Positions 39,474 to 51,516 of a DNA stretch of 64,000 bases are shown piece by piece. Numbering within the stretch: the first letter of the stretch is position 1; each line of letters begins with the position of its first letter. The notes under the pieces are model-generated. The model did not search any database. It was not told the origin of the DNA and worked only from the letters and a program-made list of their open reading frames with translations. The translations under genes were made by a program, and so were the position numbers. Origin of the DNA: Macrostomum lignano. Lineage: Eukaryota. The stretch lies in assembly GCA_002269645.1 (NCBI GenBank), contig NIVC01001377.1, positions 186,001 through 250,000 of the forward strand, given 5' to 3'.

Positions 39474-42400
39474 ATGCATCCCAACATTCTGATAACTGTA
39501 ACCTGCTCTGTCCTCACCTGCGTCTTTGGCCAAGTCATTCGATTTTCACACGTCGGCTGCTACAAAGATGATCAACATAGAGACCTTCGAGGAGCCTCAT
39601 TTATCGACACTTATTTGATGACACAAAAGCTCTGCGCCAGATTCTGTCATAAGAGAGGCTATTCATACTTTAGCGTGCAGATTGAAGAGCAGTGCTACTG
39701 CGGATGGTCATTCGGAACGTATGGAGCAGTCCCTGATAGCGAGTGCGACATGGCTTGCCCAGGTAACTCAGCTCAGAAGTGCGGCGGCAGCTGGCGAAAC
39801 TCCGTATTTTCTTTGATCTACTACCGTAAGTTGTTGAAGAATGCTTGTTATTGAGCTTATGCAGGAGGCTGTCTTGGACAACTAAAGTGAAAAAACGCTG
39901 CTCTCACAAATTATACAATGTTTTGTTTCTGTACATGTTTTGAGGGTGAATTTGGTTTGGATTCTCTCTAAAATAAGGGGCGCAGACAATTCCACGAAAA
40001 GAATAATCATATAAATCAAGCATAGATCAGATCAATCACAAAATTCCGATCGCAAGATGACGCCTACATGACCTGAAGTAGCAGCGTCCTTTGATTTCGA
40101 CAGTTCACGAATGCTAAAAGCCAAGGGAACTTCTTTTGCTGCTTCATTACACAACCGATGGTTGCAGCAAGGATAGAAAAAATCCGCAGTCTTCTTTTAG
40201 CAGGGTCGACACCATTACCCAGCAGCTTGCTAACCGGATGTCTGCTAGCCGTTCAGCTCGTTATCCAGACATTCTATCAGAGTGAACGGGATAAACTACC
40301 TACCCGATTGACTGCTGCGACACGGACGAGGCCCATATAAATAAATAAAAAAATGTCTGAATACATCGTCAGTGGGCGAAAGTCAAGCGCTAATCGAACC
40401 CACAGGCTGGCAAGCATCAGGCTAACAAACATCAGGTTAGCAAACATCAGGTTGGCAAACATCAGGTTAGCAAACATCAGGTTAGCAAACATCAGGTTAG
40501 CAAACATCAGGTTAGCAAACATCAGGTTAGCAAACATCAGGTTAGCAAACATCTTGACTTACTTGACTTAGCTGCAGGGCTGTCCCGGAGGGGACACAGC
40601 GGGAAGGCGCGGGCGCCCATTCCGCTAGTCCCTGAACGGCCGACGCGTCGCTATGGACGGAGGGTTGGCGCCGCCCAGGGAGGTCCCCCAGTGTCGCCAG
40701 CAGCTATGGTGCTCTCTGGAAAGGAGAGTTCAGCCCTGCGGGTGGCCCGAAGGTAGCGCATGAGCTGATTAAAGTTTTCGGGTTTGCACGCTTCAGTAAT
40801 AGATGTGTGTGGCCCGAGGTAAGTGAGTCTGGCCCGCGTGAAGGCGGGACAGATGCTGACGAAATGCTCAGCGGTTTCGTCACCTGAGTTGCAGAAACTA
40901 CAGGTGGCGTTGGTGGCGTTGCCCTGCAGGTACTGGTGCCTGGAGAAGCAGCCGTGACCAGAGAGGGTCATGGTGGCAGCCCGGATGTCTCTGCGCGAGA
41001 GGCGCAAGAGGAGCTTCCGGAGCTGGTGAGAGGGCTGAGGGACAGCGCCTCTGGATTGCCTGCAGTTCGTGCGGTTCGCCCAAGTCGAGCGGTGCTGAGT
41101 CCTGATCCACGCTTTGATGCGCGAGTCGATGACACAGCCAGGATCGGGACAAGAGGTTCGGGGCCGAGAGAGGAGCCGGAGGCACCAACTTTTGCAAGGG
41201 TGTCAGCCAACTCATTTCCTCGGATCCCCACATGCCCCGGAACCCACTTAAGGGTAATTTTGTTGGCGGAACCCAACACATTGAGGAGTTTGATACAGTC
41301 AAGGACTGTAGCAGAGTTGGTGCTGCAGCCACTGATGGCGTGCAAGGCAGCTTGGCTGTCCGAATGGAAAATGATGTTCTTACCAGTAACGCCAGTGGCG
41401 AGAAGCTCTGCAGTGCAGGAGCTGATGGCCAGAACTTCATTTTGGAAAACACTGGAGTTGACCCCAGTGTATTGAGCGTGGGTAGCGATGACCCTCCCGT
41501 TCAGAAAGATTCCAACACCAAAGCCGGTGTTGGCTGACTGCTTAGAACCGTCGGTGTAGCAATGAAGCTCACCAGGGTTCCAATGGTCATTGATGTTATC
41601 GCGCGAGTCGATAGCTACGGAGTAGCGCTGTCTCAGGTTGAGCGTTGAGGCAATGCCATCGGTGAAGACGCGATTGGCCTGACACTCGTTGAGAAAGTTG
41701 AGGCACAGATCGCTATGCGGGACAAGGTTCCGCTTAGCAGGTGCTCTCATGTAAATGAATTTGACGCCGGCATCAATTAGACGCCGCGTCGTTCTAGCCG
41801 CCTCACCCCTGATGAAGAGGTCAAGAGGCGGAAGATTAAGAAAGGCCCCCATGCCAGCAAAGGGCGTGGACCTGGTGGCGTTGCAGATGAGCCTACACGC
41901 TCTGCCTTGGATCGTGTTGAGCAGGTCTGCATGGCTTTTGACCTGGGTAGCGCTAACCCAGACAACAGAGGCGTACGTAATGGCAGGTCTAACTACGGAA
42001 GTATAGATCCACCAAAGCCGCTTTGGGGATAGACCCCAAGAAGTGCCAAGTGCTCGTCGGAGCTGGGCCAGGATGGCTGAGGCACGCTTAGCTTTTGCTT
42101 TCACGTGGAAGGACCAGTTGAGCCGGTGGTCAAGTGTGACCCCGAGACATCTGGTCTGGTGCGCGAAGGCAATATCTCTGCCGTAGAGCTGCAGAGGACG
42201 TATGTTCCAGCGTAGTCTGCTGGTAAACATAATGGCAACGGTTTTGGGCTCAGAGAGTTCCAAACCATTGTCATTGGCCCAGGATTCTGCTTTGCGGATA
42301 AAGCTCTGCATCAGATCCCTGAGCGTGCTGGGAGACGGTCCTGCCACAATGGCCGTGACGTCATCAGCATACCCGACTTTGAAGACGGGGTCAGGTCGGG

Positions 42401-45400
42401 AGTCACTCAGAAGAGCGTCCATGACCAGGTTCCAGAGCGTCGGGGTGAGGACTCCGCCTTGGGGTCCACCCTTACAGACTCTGGTGGAGGCAGTTTGCCC
42501 AAGAAGTTGGGCAGTGACCGTACGGTTGGAGATCATGTACATGATCCACCGTATGAGGGTAGCATGAGCTTTGCGATTTTGAAGGGCCCTCTGAAACGCT
42601 TCAAAGATAACGTTGTCGAAGGCGCCAACAATGTCAAGAAAGAGAGCCAGGGCGTAACCGTCACCCAGTACCGCCCGTTCAATCTTTTCGACAATCGCAT
42701 GCAGGGCGCTGTCAGTCGACCTCCCGGTACGGAAGGCGTGCTGATTATTGCTGAGGGGCATCGCTGTCAGCTCGCAGGAGAGCAGCCGCCAGAGAATAAG
42801 CCTCTCAGTGAGCTTAAGCATTGCTGACGTTAAGCTAATTGGCCGGAAGGCCTTGACGCTTTGGTAGTCACCCTTCCCAGGTTTGGGAATAAAGACTACT
42901 CGAGCTTCAGTCCAGCTTTTGGGAACGTATCCCAGCTGGATAGAGGCCCGCATAAGATTGCGGGTGAGTCTCAGGAACGAGGGTATCTTGGCTGCTTCAC
43001 GAAGGAGAACAGGGTAGATACCATCAGGTCCAGGAGATTTGAAGGGTTTGAAGGTTCTGACCGCACGAGCGATTAGGTCTTCAGTGACAATGCCCGCCGC
43101 TAGGGTGGCTCCATCCATCGAATGGTTGGGCTCCGGTCTAGCAGTAGGTACCCTCGGGAAGAATGTGCTAAGCATATGCTGAAGCACTTCTTCAGGGTCT
43201 TTAGTAAGAGAGCCATCATCTTTTTTTATCATGGCTAATTTGGACATTTTGTCCATTGTAAGGGCCTTGACAAGCCTAGAAGTAGGTCTGTCTTGATCCA
43301 ATTCATTGCAGAATTGGCGCCACTTACATTCCTTGGCCTTGCGCACTTCAGATTTGAAATTGCGGGAGGCTTGCCGGCAAAGCTCCATGTCCTCCGGGTT
43401 TCCGGTCTTCATGGCACGGCGATGAAGGCTTTTGGCCTTCCGCCTGAGTTTCCCCAGCTCCGGGTTCCACCACGGCGCCGAGGTCTTGCCTCTGTAGGCG
43501 CGAGCAGGACAAGCCGCTTCGTAGGCTGCAATAATGCAACCTGTCAGCGTCTCAGCCATATGATCCACATCCTCGCAGGTCTCAATCGGACGTAAGTCCG
43601 TGAGTTCCTGCAGGTGCAGATCAAGGGCAGCCTTGTAGGCCGCCCAATCAGTGTTGCGGATATTGCGTCTCCAAGTGATCGGAGACTGGGTTTTAGTGTC
43701 CGCGATATTAAAGGCGATAAAGCAGTGGTCAGACAGGGAGGGCTCCTCAGACCAGACTCTCCACTCCTTGACTCTGTCAAAGAGTCTTGGGGTAACGAGT
43801 GTGGCGTCGAGGACCTCGGTCCATCTGCCATTATTAAAGGTAGGAGTGCTGCCGCGGTTGCAGAGCATGAGGTTTGTGTTAGAGATGAGGGCCAGAAGCT
43901 CCTCTCCTCTAGTGTTGGTATCTTTGCTGCCCCAGTGCTTGTGGTGCGCGTTGAGGTCGCCCCCTAAGCACAGCTCAGCGTTCTGGGACTCGCAGTACTG
44001 CGCAAGGCGCAGTAAACTCTCGGGAGCAGGGTCTCTGTCGCCTGGGATATAAACCGAGGCAACAAGACACGTACGCGGAGAGAAATGATTAGATTGGATG
44101 ACGCAAAGGTCTCCATCAGAGAGATCAGTCCTCAGCCAAGCCTGGAGATGGCTAGCAGCGAGGATAGCCGCTCTAGGGCGGCTGTTCCCCGGGCCACACA
44201 CATAAAAATCAGAGTAGCCAGAGGGAATGTTGGGCAACTTACCGTTGCGCATCCAGGGTTCCTGGATCAGGATGAGGCCTGGCCTGTACAGCTCAGCAAT
44301 CTTCATCAGATTTACTGACGCAGATACGCAATGCTGTAAATTTATTTGCAGACAGAATGTCGCTCCTTTGGCAGCGTGGAGCTTAGTCATACTGTATTAA
44401 ATGCAATATCTGGCTAGAGCCCAGGGCCATCAAGGAGACTTGGACAACAGATCGTCCTCGTCCCAGGCCGCTGGGGCTTGACTGGGAGATGGGAGTTGGT
44501 CGACGTCCATGGCCTCCTCACCCCCACCGGCCCCCCCAGCAGAGTCCTCAGGCTCCGATGACAGGATGGAGGAAGCTTCCTCACCTGCATCTTTACCTTC
44601 AGACCCCACCAAGGTGGCCGAGGAGAGCTCGGATTCCGAAGACCCGGCCTCGTCCTCAACTCCTTCTCCGACTGGCAGGTTTGGTTCCCGGGGCTCGGCC
44701 GGAGCCGTTACCGCGGTCGCCGAACTGCTGCTAGCAGAGGGGCGAGATGCAGCTTTGGCTTTGGGATCGGCTTGCGCCTTTCCTTGGGCCTTAGACTGCG
44801 CCCCGCTCTTGCCGGAGATGCCGGGGTTGGCAGTAGCCTTCCCTTTGGCAGACTTTCCTCGGCGCAACTTGAGCTTGAGGGCACCCAGCTGGAAAGAGGA
44901 TCCATTAGGGTACCGACTCGCCCAAGTGCTGGAAAGGCCGAGGACAATTGAGTTGCCCGTCTCCCCCCTGCGGACTTTGCGGTGATACACCAGTCCACTA
45001 GCAGGGAGGTCGGGGTTCAGACGCAGTAGGACCCGGCGAATAACGTCTGGTCCAGCTGCGGTGCTCTTAGCAGGGACGAAAACCACATAGGGTATCGTCT
45101 TTGGACGCTGGCCCTCGCGAAGAAAAAGAGCTCCACCAAGGTCAGCATCCAAGGAGACCGTCGGTAGCCGCTGGAGCAGCCGCCGAGCGTCCTCCTCGCT
45201 GCTAGGAGCAATAAGAACGAATGTGCTTCGCAGCACCATCCGCTCAACGCCGATGGAGATTCCCTCCTCGACAGTCAGCTCAATCAGATAGGAGTCAACA
45301 GCACTCCACACTTTTTGAAGCTGATCAGTGGTCCAGTCCTGGTCGCGACCTTGGATGATCACTCCCGGGATTTTGGCCTTGGCCTTCGCCGCAAAGGTAG

Positions 45401-47263
45401 CTCCCGAAGGAACCTCCTTGTTGGCAGTGGCCATTTGTTGCGCCGTGGTTTCGGCCTCAGCAGCCGCGGCAGCAGCTCCAGGGAGCGCCGCCGCTGAACT
45501 ACTGGAGCTTCCACCGGCCGGCCCGCCTGGTTGCCTTGGGACTCCAGTCGCTTCAGCATCCATGGTGGACGCCGCCGCTTTGGCCCCCGCAGCTCCCTTC
45601 TTGGCCTGCCTTTTGGCGCGTTGTTTAGCGCGTTTGCGCTCAAGCCGAGCCCGCTGAGCTTCATCGGATCTGCCAGATTTGGCCGGTCCTTTAGGCTCAG
45701 AGCTCGCGGTTCCCTTAGATCCACCAGCGGAGCTGGCAGGTCTTAGGGTATTTTGAGTTTGGTAGCTCTGGTCGGATCTGCCAGCAGAGCCAGCCGGTCC
45801 TTCCTTTGCCACAGTTGAATCAGTCGGTTGGGATCTGCCAGCAGGGCCGGCCGGTCCTTCGGACTGAGGTTGGGGTTTAGAAGGGTCCCCGTCCCTAGAA
45901 ATAGCTTGTTTATCCATAGTCGGCTCGAAGGCCATGATAAAAGGTTGGTGGGCTACCCTCAAAGGGGCGCGGTACCCACCCGGCCGCTCCACCTGACCGG
46001 GCAGTAGGCCAATAGCACCCTCAAGGCTGGCCCGACACCAGGAGGGGGACCGCTTGCGACCGGACTACTCCCCGGCCTTCCAGCCCATCGGCACGGTCAA
46101 CACCTTAGGCATTAGAGAGTACGTTGAGCAGTACCACGGCCTGCAGGTTGGCGAGCCAGACCCGCATACCCAAATTCGGCCGAAGCCACTGGATAGGGTC
46201 GCCAGCGCCGGAGCCCAGTCTGTCCAGCAGCCCTAGGGACTGCCTTGAACACACGCGGGGACGAGTACCCTGGGTCGACTTGCGAGACAGCGTGGGGGGG
46301 GTCTGCGGCTGCCAGAGGCAAATAGAGGGTGCAGACCTCCCACCAGCCTTGACCTGCTGAAGATAGGGGCAGGCGTGAAGCATCGCAGACCTTAGCCCAT
46401 GGGCCTAGTCTGTCTCATACTTCACTGGCATGCTGAATACGCCTTCGCGTGCTAGCAAACATCAGGTTAGCAAACATCAGGTTAGCAAACATCAGGTTAG
46501 CAAACATCAGGTTAGCAAACATCAGGCTAGAAAACATCAGACTAGAAAACATCAGACTAGCAAACATCAGGTTAGAAAACATCAGACTAGCAAACATCAG
46601 GCTAGAAAACATCAGACTAGCAAACATCAGGCTAGAAAACATCAGGCTAGAAAACATCAGGCTAGAAAACATCAGGCTAGAAAACATCAGACTAGAAACA
46701 TCAGACTAGCAAACATCAGGCTAGAAAACATCAGGCTAGCAAACATCAGGCTAGAAAACATCAGGCTAGAAAACATCAGGCTAGAAAACATCAGACTAGC
46801 AAACATCAGGCTAGAAAACATCAGGTTAGCAAACATCAGGCTAGAAAACATCAGGCTAAAAAACGGGGTGTCTAAATCTAAACGCAGTAGTATGAATTAT
46901 TCATGCAATACTGGGTACTTTTTCATTTTTTACGCACGCGTGCGTACTCACAGACTCATCAAAATAGTAGAGAGTGTTTCGTTTACGTTTTACCTTTAAC
47001 GCACCCCTTTAAACGCACTCATTTTAGACGGCGATAACTTTAATTTGGCCAAGCGTCCAATTTTGCCGGTTTATGTACCTAACAATGACTATTTGACTGT
47101 CGGTGCCCGATCCAATATTGAGTGCGTGATCATCTGCCAGTCGAACTTCGACTGCAAGGCTGCGATTTTTGCCGCTCAGGAACTGACGTGCTACCTGCTG
47201 AAGGCGGTCAATCTGCCTGCCAGTCTGAGCGGAACCGCTGGAGACTACTTTGTCCGCAACTGA
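39474..47263 (+). CDS. Secreted WSC + PAN/apple protein, copy 2 (2 exons, about 195 aa; 7.2-kb intron hosting a LINE)
   Basis: Exons 39474-39825 and 47028-47263 (phase 1, GTAAG...TTTTAG). Same WSC and PAN motifs and the same C-terminal GTAGDYFVRN as copy 1. TATAAG near 39410. Confidence 0.85.
40403..40553. repeat. 15-bp minisatellite, left arm
   Basis: AGCAAACATCAGGTT, about 10 copies, ending at the LINE 3' tail. Confidence 0.95.
40651..44390 (-). CDS. LINE ORF2: AP endonuclease, reverse transcriptase, RNase H, zinc knuckle (about 1246 aa if one frameshift near 41141 is repaired)
   Basis: APE (QINLQH, IQEPW, GGDLNAH, SDH); RT (SPGPDG, FRPISL, LDIVGAFD, GGPQGGVL, YADD, LGVTLD); RNase H (YTDGS, EVLAI, SDSQAAL, WVPGH, GNELAD); CSFC-x8-H-x4-C. 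Confidence 0.93.
44430..45935 (-). CDS. LINE ORF1 (DUF4780-like, no CCHC knuckle), about 501 aa from ATG 45935
   Basis: Intact ORF immediately 5' of ORF2 (39-nt spacer). Low-complexity basic N- and acidic C-termini around a core WTTDQLQKVWSAV...LLRLNPDLP resembling LOA-clade ORF1. Confidence 0.8.
   Translation of the reverse strand: MAFEPTMDKQAISRDGDPSKPQPQSEGPAGPAGRSQPTDSTVAKEGPAGSAGRSDQSYQTQNTLRPASSAGGSKGTASSEPKGPAKSGRSDEAQRARLERKRAKQRAKRQAKKGAAGAKAAASTMDAEATGVPRQPGGPAGGSSSSSAAALPGAAAAAAEAETTAQQMATANKEVPSGATFAAKAKAKIPGVIIQGRDQDWTTDQLQKVWSAVDSYLIELTVEEGISIGVERMVLRSTFVLIAPSSEEDARRLLQRLPTVSLDADLGGALFLREGQRPKTIPYVVFVPAKSTAAGPDVIRRVLLRLNPDLPASGLVYHRKVRRGETGNSIVLGLSSTWASRYPNGSSFQLGALKLKLRRGKSAKGKATANPGISGKSGAQSKAQGKAQADPKAKAASRPSASSSSATAVTAPAEPREPNLPVGEGVEDEAGSSESELSSATLVGSEGKDAGEEASSILSSEPEDSAGGAGGGEEAMDVDQLPSPSQAPAAWDEDDLLSKSP
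46453..46858. repeat. 15-bp minisatellite, right arm
   Basis: Starts with AGCAAACATCAGGTT units identical to the left arm, then drifts to AGAAAACATCAGGCT/ACT; about 27 copies. Confidence 0.95.
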
Positions 47264-47899
47264 ACTCGGAACAATTGTTGAAAAATGAACGAAACTGAAC
47301 TCATTTCTCAAGCTCTAAATAATCTGGAAACGATTGTTAAAATGTATTGACTACAAATTTGCAAGATTAGTTTAAGGTCTTTGCAGAGTATGAAACGAAT
47401 GGATGGATCTACGCCATACCCTCAGAGTAAAATATACTGGTTTCCGCCTATTGTAGGTTTAGATTCAATTGTAGGTCAAGCCAATTTAAGGAAAGAACGA
47501 ACCACTTACGCTCAGTCAAATACAAACTATAACAATTTTTTTATTGTTACCCTTCTTTTGCGTGCAGATTAGATTAGATTAAACTGGAATACGAGCGTAT
47601 ATTATATTACGGTTGTGACCACAGTGTATGTTTGTGAACAAAAATAATGGTAATTATTAATTTTACAGTTTTTATGCTTTTTACCATAGAGATTTCCCGC
47701 TGTTGGAGAGCGGGAGCAGACCGCGTGTTGGGATTTTCAAATCCAAACCCCCCCACATAGAATTTTTTTACCGAGACAAACTTCAAGACAGAAAATAAAC
47801 AATTCGATAAAAGAGAGGAGGGAAGATACAGGCGGATATAGGAACTCGTTTAGAAAAGTATTTCAAATCATTAACTGCCAGAAAATATTAGAAAACGAG

Positions 47900-48600
47900 G
47901 TTGTGGGCTTACATAAGCAGAGATGTCCTTTGTGTCCAGATGTCCAGAGATGACCTACTACCTTCTGGAGTTCCATCAAACACACGGTCCGCTCGGGGAG
48001 CGGACGTTGGATTTAGAGGCTTTCGACAAGTGGCTCCAAGAGAGTGCTCTTGGATGGCTCCAAGTTCGGCACCAAGTCGAACTGACAGCGGATCAAAGTC
48101 AAGAAATTAACAAGGATCTAGTGTCAGCGCCTCAGGGGAGATGTGCATGGTCCTAACCGGCCATGGTTTCTTCCAGAGACATATCTCGTTGCAAACCGGT
48201 TGCCCTCTCACCTGTCCTTTTTGTGGCATAGGAGAGGAGACCGCGGAGCATCACGTCACCTTCTGCCCTTACTTCAACAAGGCGCGGCACAAATATCTCG
48301 GCCACCCCCAGCGGATGGACGAGCTGACCACCCCGGACAATATCCGTGAACTTCGCGCCTTCGTCGGGGATACTGGCTGGATGAGGGTCGCCGATGCCTC
48401 CACTGCGAACCTGCCGACTACTGATGGGGGCTGGGCGCACCCCCAGGGTTAATCCTTGAACTCTTTTACCTTGGGGTTGCAATAGGGGCCTCGCGGCCTA
48501 TTCGCGGCGCCTGCGCCCCCCCCGTCAGTAGTGAGTAAGTAAGTAAGTAGTGTCGGCAGCGCTCTACCAAGGCTCAATATACGAGCGTAGATAGCTTGTG
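47900..48600 (+). pseudogene. Decayed zinc-finger ORF interrupted by a truncated LINE; possibly related to the N-terminus of the 21.1-kb recombinase
   Basis: Removing an 8-bp duplication (TGTCCAGA) and the LINE insert gives RCPLCPEMTYYLLEFHQTHG...LEAFDKWLQES...[14 protein letters not shown]|SAALYQG. Confidence 0.3.
48126..48547 (+). mobile_element. 5'-truncated LOA-like LINE (ORF2 C-terminus plus 3' UTR)
   Basis: VLTGHG...[19 protein letters not shown]...RHKYLG; (TAAG)n tail near 48535-48547; 7-bp TSD TAGTGTC at 48119-48125 and 48548-48554. Confidence 0.85.
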
Positions 48601-49990
48601 GCAAAATTAAAAGAATAATTTGTTCGGAAAAATTTAGCGGGCACATAATGCGGATAGAAAATGCCCATCACAGTTAGCCATTGTTGCGGGACAATAAAGT
48701 CACATACACATTATCGGGAACCCATCAAGGCTGATTGACCTACAAAGCCTATACTATGCGAGCTAACAATAACTTGGGTGGTGTGATTAAACTTCCTTGT
48801 CTTTCCATTATCATCTTATGCCTTAAACTGCAGATGGACTGGTTTTCAACAAACCTTAATTGGTCTAGAAAAGTGGCTTTTGGTAAAACTCTGTATTTAA
48901 TGGTGTATAACATATATTTGATAAACTCAACTAACTTTGTGTCCACATGGCTATGAGGTGTGTCCATAAGGTGCACCTGCATCAGGAGGGGGGAGATTGC
49001 AGTTAGCGATTTCATAAAAAAAAGTTGTGCCAGCTGTCTAAAACTATCCTGCAACTCTTCAGATATGAGCTAATTAAATGACATTTTTCTTGCTGCAGTA
49101 TCGCATTTTTCTCATTCTCATAATGCATGAATTTTGTCAAGAAGCTATTCAACTTAGAGTTTAGGACCCTCCAATTATATTTTTCTCATTTATCTGACTT
49201 GAAGTCCCAATTAGCTATTCGAATGCATGTAGCTCTTGAAGAAGGGTGAAATGTTACCGCCGTAATCGTTATCCAGTAAAATTTCTCTACAGGTGTAAAA
49301 ATTCCCAGAAACATCAACTACACCTTCTTGCGTTCTATTTGGATAAAACTGCATTGAATTTCGACAAACTGGCTTTCATTTTCGGCGTCAGCTATGCCGC
49401 ACGTCCAAACTTCATTCGATTTCCACAAACCGAGAACCAATTTCGGTAAATTTCATTCAATTTCAACTGACAGAAAAATGTAAAAAATAGGAATCGATTC
49501 AATAAATTAGTGTAGAACTCCAAATAATAACAAGGCCTGGTAATGGCTGCAGCTGTTCATGGACGAATTCGACTCACATTGAAAGCGCGAATCCATTGAC
49601 TCATCTAAGCTTTCTGCATGGCTTCCAAAGTCAATAAAAGTTGCTTGTCGTGTTTAAAGAGATAAGTAGACGCAATAATTTAAGCACTACTTTTAGGAGT
49701 GATCCAAAGATATTGTCACATTTTACCACAATTAGATAGATACGAGCGTTACAGAGAGAAACGCAAACTAGAGAATTCTTGCCCACGCGCCCTTGCGACC
49801 AGACCTCGCGGTCTGGGGCTGAGACCCAGCGCCTGCCAGTCAGACACGAAACAGTCACTTAGCGTCGCAGTTCGCCCTTGGACATGGAGCTTCCGCTCCA
49901 TCGGCTAGTGCAGGAGGATCAGCGCCAACGGGACTTGGTCGCCGTGGCCGTGACTCCGGAGGCAGGGGCCCAGCAGCATCTGACAGCGCT

Positions 49991-50070
49991 GGACATAACT
50001 GTCTTAGACATAACTATTTTAGACATAACTATCTTAGACATAACTATCTTAGACATAACTGCCTTAGACA
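49991..50070. repeat. Short 15-bp tandem repeat
   Basis: TTAGACATAACTATC, about 5 copies. Confidence 0.85.
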
Positions 50071-51410
50071 AGTTCAAAAGCAACTTTTTCCAGCTGCATT
50101 CAGCAATCATAGTTTTTTCTTGTTTAACTGTTCTTTTTTCCGAACCGATTCGGAAATGCAAATAAGAAAACTCGCAGACAATCTAGATGATAACGTGTGG
50201 TGGAACAAAACCTTTTTCAGCGTTGTCTGAGCGACGCTTCCTGCAAATTTACTTTGGCCAGAAACTGCACGAGTTCCGAGTTGACACGCAAAGCGGGAGC
50301 TTGGAACCGGAAAATGAGTTTTGTCAGTTATTATTCTTTTCCTAGAAGGCTTTTCTAAAACTCTGCTTGCATGTAGCAAGCAATTGCAAATGATTTCATT
50401 AAGATTTTGGCCTGTATAAGTTTTTATAGTTTGGTCTGCGAGTTTGATATGATCTTTCACCATGACTTATCTGAATGCTATGCAAGCGAATGATGGCCAA
50501 CCCGTAAGACTCAGGATGTCGCTGTGAGTATCCTCATGGGTGTGCGTGCCCTGGGTTCATCTGCATGAGCATGACTGCTTGCTTCCTCTCTAAAAATCTC
50601 AGCACAAACTACTTTACTTCGATCGAGTTCATCTGCTATATGGCGTTTCCCAGTCCATTTTGTATCAGTTTCACGGTCTATAGTGCCAGATTAACATTCA
50701 ATAGCGTCAATTTAACGTTCCTCCCAATCTAGCCCGCAAAAAGTTTCGGCTCATCATCAGTCGCGTAAAAGCTCCAAAAGCTTATGTATATTTTATGATC
50801 TGTTTAACTCGCTTTTCAGAGTGACGCTCTAGTTCGTCGAATATTCGCATGCTTAATTGGTTAATTGACTAAAAAAACTTTACTTTTCTTTACTTGACTT
50901 CATCGTCAACCGGCAGAGCCGCCCAATTCTTTGTTAATTTTAAGGCATGCCTACAAAGCACCTGATTTTGTAGATGAGTACGGCTCCAATTCACATTTGA
51001 GGGAAAACCATCGAAGTAAGCAGGTTCGACGCCAAATCTGTAAGTCGGCCTCTGCAACTGATGAGCAAGGATTTGCATCAAAACACCATCGAGATCCGAA
51101 AATGCAAAAAACTGGTGCGATTTCTTTGCACTACTTCATGCCCGACTTTCTAGCGGGAAGTCCGAACAACGGATGAAGTCCTTGCTGCTGTGGCATTCTC
51201 GCAACGATAATGGAATTTTTCCGATACTGTTGATGTGAATTCCTATCTACTCGTACGTGAAGTTTTAAAACAATCGAGATAAGATTTGTAAATTATCTTG
51301 CTTCAATATTTAGGCGTTGTACTTATGCTCATACCGTTTACTTGAAGTAGTAAAATCGAATATATATAATCCGCTAGCAAACATTCTCAGATTGCTCAGC
51401 CAACTGCTAC

Positions 51411-51449
51411 CCAATAGGGTTGTCTTTTCCAAAGTCATGGCTATTTAAA
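51411..51449 (+). promoter_or_regulatory. CCAAT + TATA-like promoter of WSC-PAN gene 3
   Basis: CCAAT 51411-51415 and TATTTAAA 51442-51449, about 70 bp upstream of ATG 51517. Confidence 0.5.
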
Positions 51450-51516
51450 GACAACTTCTGCAGGAAAAGCTTCACAAACTGCAAATCCAATTCCAAGTCT
51501 CAAAAAATTTAGCAGA

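Larger units (their letters stand above)
40554..46452 (-). mobile_element. Near full-length non-LTR retrotransposon, LOA clade (R1/I group), about 5.9 kb
   Basis: About 0.5-kb 5' UTR, ORF1, ORF2 (APE-RT-RNase H-CCHC), 3' tail TAAGTCAAGTAAGTCAA. Apparent 11-bp TSD TAGCAAACATC at 40543-40553 and 46453-46463. Confidence 0.92.

Noticed and set aside
40898-46383. Many short plus-strand and alternative-frame ORFs over the LINE
   Set aside because: Shadow ORFs of the GC-rich ORF1 and ORF2.
49631-51176. Several 70-118-aa ORFs on both strands
   Set aside because: No recognisable motifs, no consistent splice chain, and partly built from a 15-bp repeat.
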